64,000 nucleotides of DNA from Ignavibacteriota bacterium. GTDB taxonomy: Bacteria; Bacteroidota; Ignavibacteria; Palsa-1295. Shown here in pieces: positions 60,171-64,000 of this stretch (its first letter is position 1; every line of letters starts with the position of its first letter). The position numbers were made by a program, and so were the translations under genes. The DNA is taken from the NCBI GenBank assembly GCA_963787835.1, contig CAWBEI010000003.1:160001-224000 (forward strand). The letters run 5' to 3'. The notes under the pieces were generated by a model. That model was not told the origin of the DNA, did not search any database, and saw only the letters and a list, made by a program, of their open reading frames with translations.

Positions 60171-61583
60171 ATGCCGGTTTCTGAGGAATGCATGATATTG
60201 TTCTGTGAGGATTCTTCTGTGCAAAACAGAGGAACTTCGCGTGCCCCTTCCTTTCAGAATCGCGAAGTAAAAAAGCCTCTTATGGAGGTATTACAGCAAA
60301 ATCTCGGGAATGGGGTCAAGAGCGAGACGTGCGAGTCTCGTGATCTACTCGACCGGGTTCGCGACCTGAGAACCTCATCCTTCGATCCTGTAGTAGTGTG
60401 GTTAGAACAATCTGCTTTGGCGGATTCTGAGCGTCGAATCCGGGAATGCCTCGAGGAGATCGGTGACCGAAGATTATTCGTCGTGATTACAACAACGGAC
60501 GACGATAATAGAATGGGCAACCTTGCAAAGGGCATCCATCCCTACTTTCTGGCAAAACCCACCGGTTCTCTTTCCTCCGAGACACAGTTCTGGCGGGTAA
60601 TAAATGCGCTTGCAGTCGATATTTCTCGCTCCGTAGCTACCGAGAGCGAAGATGATTCGAGACCATCTGTTTTTCTTGCACCCGTCGCAGAGCCTATCGA
60701 GCAATTAGCGCGCAAACTGCGCCATGATCTGGAAAGCCGAGGGTTCAATGTCAGGCCAAAAACGAATTCAGAACTCTTGGATCAGGTGGAAGCACTTTTG
60801 GCAAGAAGCGCATTATCGGTACATCTTTTTGGACAAAGCAATGCAAGTCTTATCGAGCGCGGGGCACAGCAGTCGATGGATGTATTTCGTTCTACGCTTG
60901 CATTCGCAAAAGCTCATCCTGAATTTCGGGTGCTTGGGTGGACGGATGCTCAAGCTTCCGAGGCAGCGACCTCCATGCTCGGCGACCAGATCCTGCGCGA
61001 GTCGAAAGAATTCAGTCTTTCAGCCGAAGTCATTCAAAGTACCTTCGAGGATTTTAAGTCGCTTCTTTATGATCGGTTGGGACAATCGGTGTCTGCATCA
61101 CCTACTATGCCCCCTTTCACTTCTACACCAGTCGTAGGACCAAAGGAAATTCCTGTTGTGGCCGGTATCGCCCACGATGCTCCCGGAGCACAGTTATACG
61201 TCATTTATGACCCGCGCGATGCCGAGGCAGCAAAACCAGTAACGAACTTTCTTCAACATCAGGGTATCGGAGTTCTCTTGCCTGAGTTCCCAACAGAGCA
61301 AAATACGCTCCGTGCCATTCACAATGAGAATCTTCGCCGGTGCGATGGTGTGCTCATTGTCTATGGTGCTGTGCAGGAGCAATGGGTGCGCATGAAACAG
61401 CAAGACCTGCTTCGCGCAGCCGCACTCGGAAGAAAAAAGAATCTATCTGCAAAGGGTGTCTTTTTATGCTCCAACAAGACGGAAGGGAAACTTCGGTTTT
61501 CGGCACCGGACATGATGGTCATCAATGGCTTCGACTCCACAGCCAATCTCGCACCGTTCATCCAGCGACTATCGGCATCGTAA
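60171..61583 (+). CDS. Protein with tandem TIR/DUF4062-like alpha/beta domains
   Basis: SVFLA..LRHDLESRGFNV..SALSVHLFG and LYVIYDPRD..FLQHQGIGVL..NLRRCDGVLIVYG..WV follow the TIR beta-alpha order; the N-terminal unit is degenerate. Confidence 0.7.
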   Translation: MPVSEECMILFCEDSSVQNRGTSRAPSFQNREVKKPLMEVLQQNLGNGVKSETCESRDLLDRVRDLRTSSFDPVVVWLEQSALADSERRIRECLEEIGDRRLFVVITTTDDDNRMGNLAKGIHPYFLAKPTGSLSSETQFWRVINALAVDISRSVATESEDDSRPSVFLAPVAEPIEQLARKLRHDLESRGFNVRPKTNSELLDQVEALLARSALSVHLFGQSNASLIERGAQQSMDVFRSTLAFAKAHPEFRVLGWTDAQASEAATSMLGDQILRESKEFSLSAEVIQSTFEDFKSLLYDRLGQSVSASPTMPPFTSTPVVGPKEIPVVAGIAHDAPGAQLYVIYDPRDAEAAKPVTNFLQHQGIGVLLPEFPTEQNTLRAIHNENLRRCDGVLIVYGAVQEQWVRMKQQDLLRAAALGRKKNLSAKGVFLCSNKTEGKLRFSAPDMMVINGFDSTANLAPFIQRLSAS

Positions 61584-61584
61584 G

Positions 61585-64000
61585 ATGGAAGAAACACCGA
61601 TAGCAACATCCATAGAGACAGCCGGAGGCGGCGGAGGTATGAATCCGTTCCCGGGTTTGCGCCCGTTCGATATTTGGGAGAATTACCTTTTCTTCGGAAG
61701 AGATAAGCAGGTCGATTCACTACTACAGAAGCTTTCCGATCATCATTTTGTCGCCGTAGTTGGAACTTCGGGAAGTGGGAAGTCCTCGCTCGTACGCGCG
61801 GGATTATTGCCCGCGCTCTATGGTGGCTATATGGTATCCGCCGGCTCGACTTGGCATGTTGCTGTGATGCGGCCTGGATCGAGTCCCATTCAAAATCTTG
61901 CCGAAGCGCTTTCTACAGACGATGTTTTTGGCACCACATCCAACAGCAGTTCCCAAACGGAGAGTATAGCTCGCCGTGCGGCAATTTTGGAATCGAGTTC
62001 TCTGGGTCTCGTGCAACTGGTGCGCCAGGCGGCATTGCCTTCGGATGAAAATTTGTTGCTTGTTGTAGATCAGTTCGAAGAACTATTTCGATTCAAGCAA
62101 AATAGGTCGATCGCGGATGCCGCCAATGAAGCATCTGCATTTATCAAGTTACTGCTCGAAGCGGTGCATCAGCGGCAGCTTTTCGATCTATGTGCTTCTG
62201 ACACTTCGAAGCGATTTCCTCGGAGATTGTGCGCAATTCCGCGATCTTCCGGAAGCGATCAACGAAGGCCACTATCTCATTCCGCGTCTGCTTCGCGAAC
62301 AGCAACGCGAAGCGATACTTGGACCTGTTGCGGTCGGTGGCGGAAAAATTTCTCCGCGATTAGTACAGCAGCTTCTCAACGATCTCGGCGATAATCCCGA
62401 TCAGCTTCCGATCATGCAACATGCGCTCATGCGAACATGGGATAAGTGGGAGCACGAGCATGAGCCCGGGGAGCCGATCGACTTCCGGCATTATGAAGCC
62501 ATCGGGCGTATGCAGCACGCGCTCAGCGAGCATGCCGACGAGGCATTCAATGAACTTCCGAACGAACGAAGCAAAATGATCGCGGAGGCAATGTTCAAAT
62601 GCCTCACAATGCGTGGGCCAGATAATCGGGGAATTCGTCGTCCAACGAAAATTGCAGAGATCTGCGCAATTGCTGGTGCAGAGCCGAGCGAGGTGATCGA
62701 GGTCGTCGAATATTTCCGGCGACCGGGCAGATCATTCATTATGCCCCCGCATGGTGTGGAACTTACTCCCGAAACCGTGCTTGATATTTCGCATGAGAGC
62801 TTGATGCGCGTATGGGACCGGCTTGTCAAGTGGGTGGACGATGATGCTGTCTCCGCACAGATGTACCTCCGGCTCGTTGGCTCCGCCGATCTTTATGCAA
62901 AGGAGCAGGCCGGCCTTTGGCGCGACCCCGAATTGCAGCAAGCTGTCAACTGGCGCGATACCCACAAACCAAACGAGGCATGGGCCAATCGTTATTCCAC
63001 TGCATTTGGACCCTCGATGCAGTTCCTGATCGATAGCGTAAAACAACGTGAGCAGGAACATGTTGAAAAACGCCGTCGTCGCCGATTAGTAAATGCGTTC
63101 ATTGTGGCGTTCCTTGCCTTTGCCGGGGTGCTTACCGTCTGGGCACTAACAGAACGAAGTTCGGCTACGCGGAACGCCGCTTCCGCAGAACGCCTTCAGA
63201 AGGTTGCGCAAGATCAGGAACAGAAAGCCGAAAAAAGCGCCATCGTGGCTGACGAGCAAAAACGAAGCGCTATTGCGGCCTCGCACGAAGCGGAAGCTCA
63301 AAAGAAGCTGGCCGAGCAACAGCGCGCCTCTGCACTTTCAGAAAAACTGAATGCTGAAAATTCCCGCGCCGATGCGGAGCGATCGAGTGTTGTTGCAAAC
63401 GAACAACGCACTGCTGCTCAAGCCCAAAGCCATATCGCGGACAGCATGAAAAATCTTGCGGAAAAATCTGCGAGCGATGTATCGCGGCTCCGTTATCTTT
63501 CCATCGCCAAGGCGCTTGCAGTAAAAGCGGAACATCTTCAAACTTCTGACCACGATCTTGTAGGGCTTCTCGCATTACAAGCCTACCGGTTTAGTCATGA
63601 GAATGGCGGTTCGGCAATGGATCCCGATATTTTTGGCGCCCTGCATTCGGCGGATAAATTATTGAATGCATCCGCACTCTCACTTCAAGGGCCGCATGGG
63701 AGCAATATTCGTTCCGAACTCTTTCGAAACGATCAGGAACTTGTCTCCGCCAGCACCGATGGTAAGATCGTGGATTGGGATGCGGGTTCACCAAAGGCCA
63801 TTGGATCGCACTCGGCTTCTCGTACACTCGCGCTCAGCCCCGATGGTGCAACGATCTGTGCAGCGGGCAACGATGGCGTTCTTCATCTTTATTCCTTGAC
63901 GAACGGGTCTGTCTCCAATGTTCCTGTTGGAGTTTCCTATGTGGTGCAAGCTCATTATATTGATAATGCTTCCATAGCGCTTTTGAGTAACGATGGACGT
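61585..64000 (+). CDS. nSTAND1 NTPase-TM-coiled-coil-WD40 protein (partial); frameshift at ~62180
   Basis: NPFPGLRPF..FFGR, GTSGSGKSS, VVDQFEELF; shifted frame gives LTLRSDFLG, DQLPIMQHAL, DISHESLMRVW, KRRRRR plus TM helix, Ala/Glu/Lys coiled coil, LVSASTDGKIVDW and ALSPDG WD40 repeats; open to window end. Confidence 0.88.

Overview
Mostly chromosomal, gene-dense DNA. Six proteins with T9SS-type C-terminal sorting domains and several TAnnTTTG promoter motifs suggest a Bacteroidota relative (FCB group, possibly Kapabacteria/Ignavibacteria-like); this taxonomy is inference. Housekeeping content: VOC proteins, a sigma-54 response regulator, NagZ, an AddA/AdnB-like helicase-nuclease, an orphan sdhA, an ECF sigma factor, mntR-mntH, tRNA-Ser(CGA), a VPS10-type glycoside hydrolase, an MFS transporter, a lipoate ligase, lptG, ptsH-ptsI, an HI0933 flavoprotein and an ABC exporter. 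Accessory content: an islet at 11.8-14.3 kb (palindromic elements, a DUF5677-like gene, and a vapBC module between 61-bp direct repeats), a ~1,680-aa fibre-like surface protein, and a DUF4062-NACHT-TPR (NLR-like) protein. The best candidate for an undescribed system is at 52-64 kb. There a tandem TIR-like protein and a membrane-anchored nSTAND1-coiled-coil-WD40 protein are transcribed divergently from a HAMP-GAF histidine kinase and a REC-adenylate cyclase, next to a TPR-beta-barrel/lipoprotein pair. A second candidate is a dispersed ~250-bp intergenic element with a promoter and boxA-like motif, found twice 31 kb apart. Six genes carry single-base frameshifts, mostly in homopolymers, which look like long-read consensus errors rather than true pseudogenes. 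All calls come from reading motifs by eye; no searches were run.
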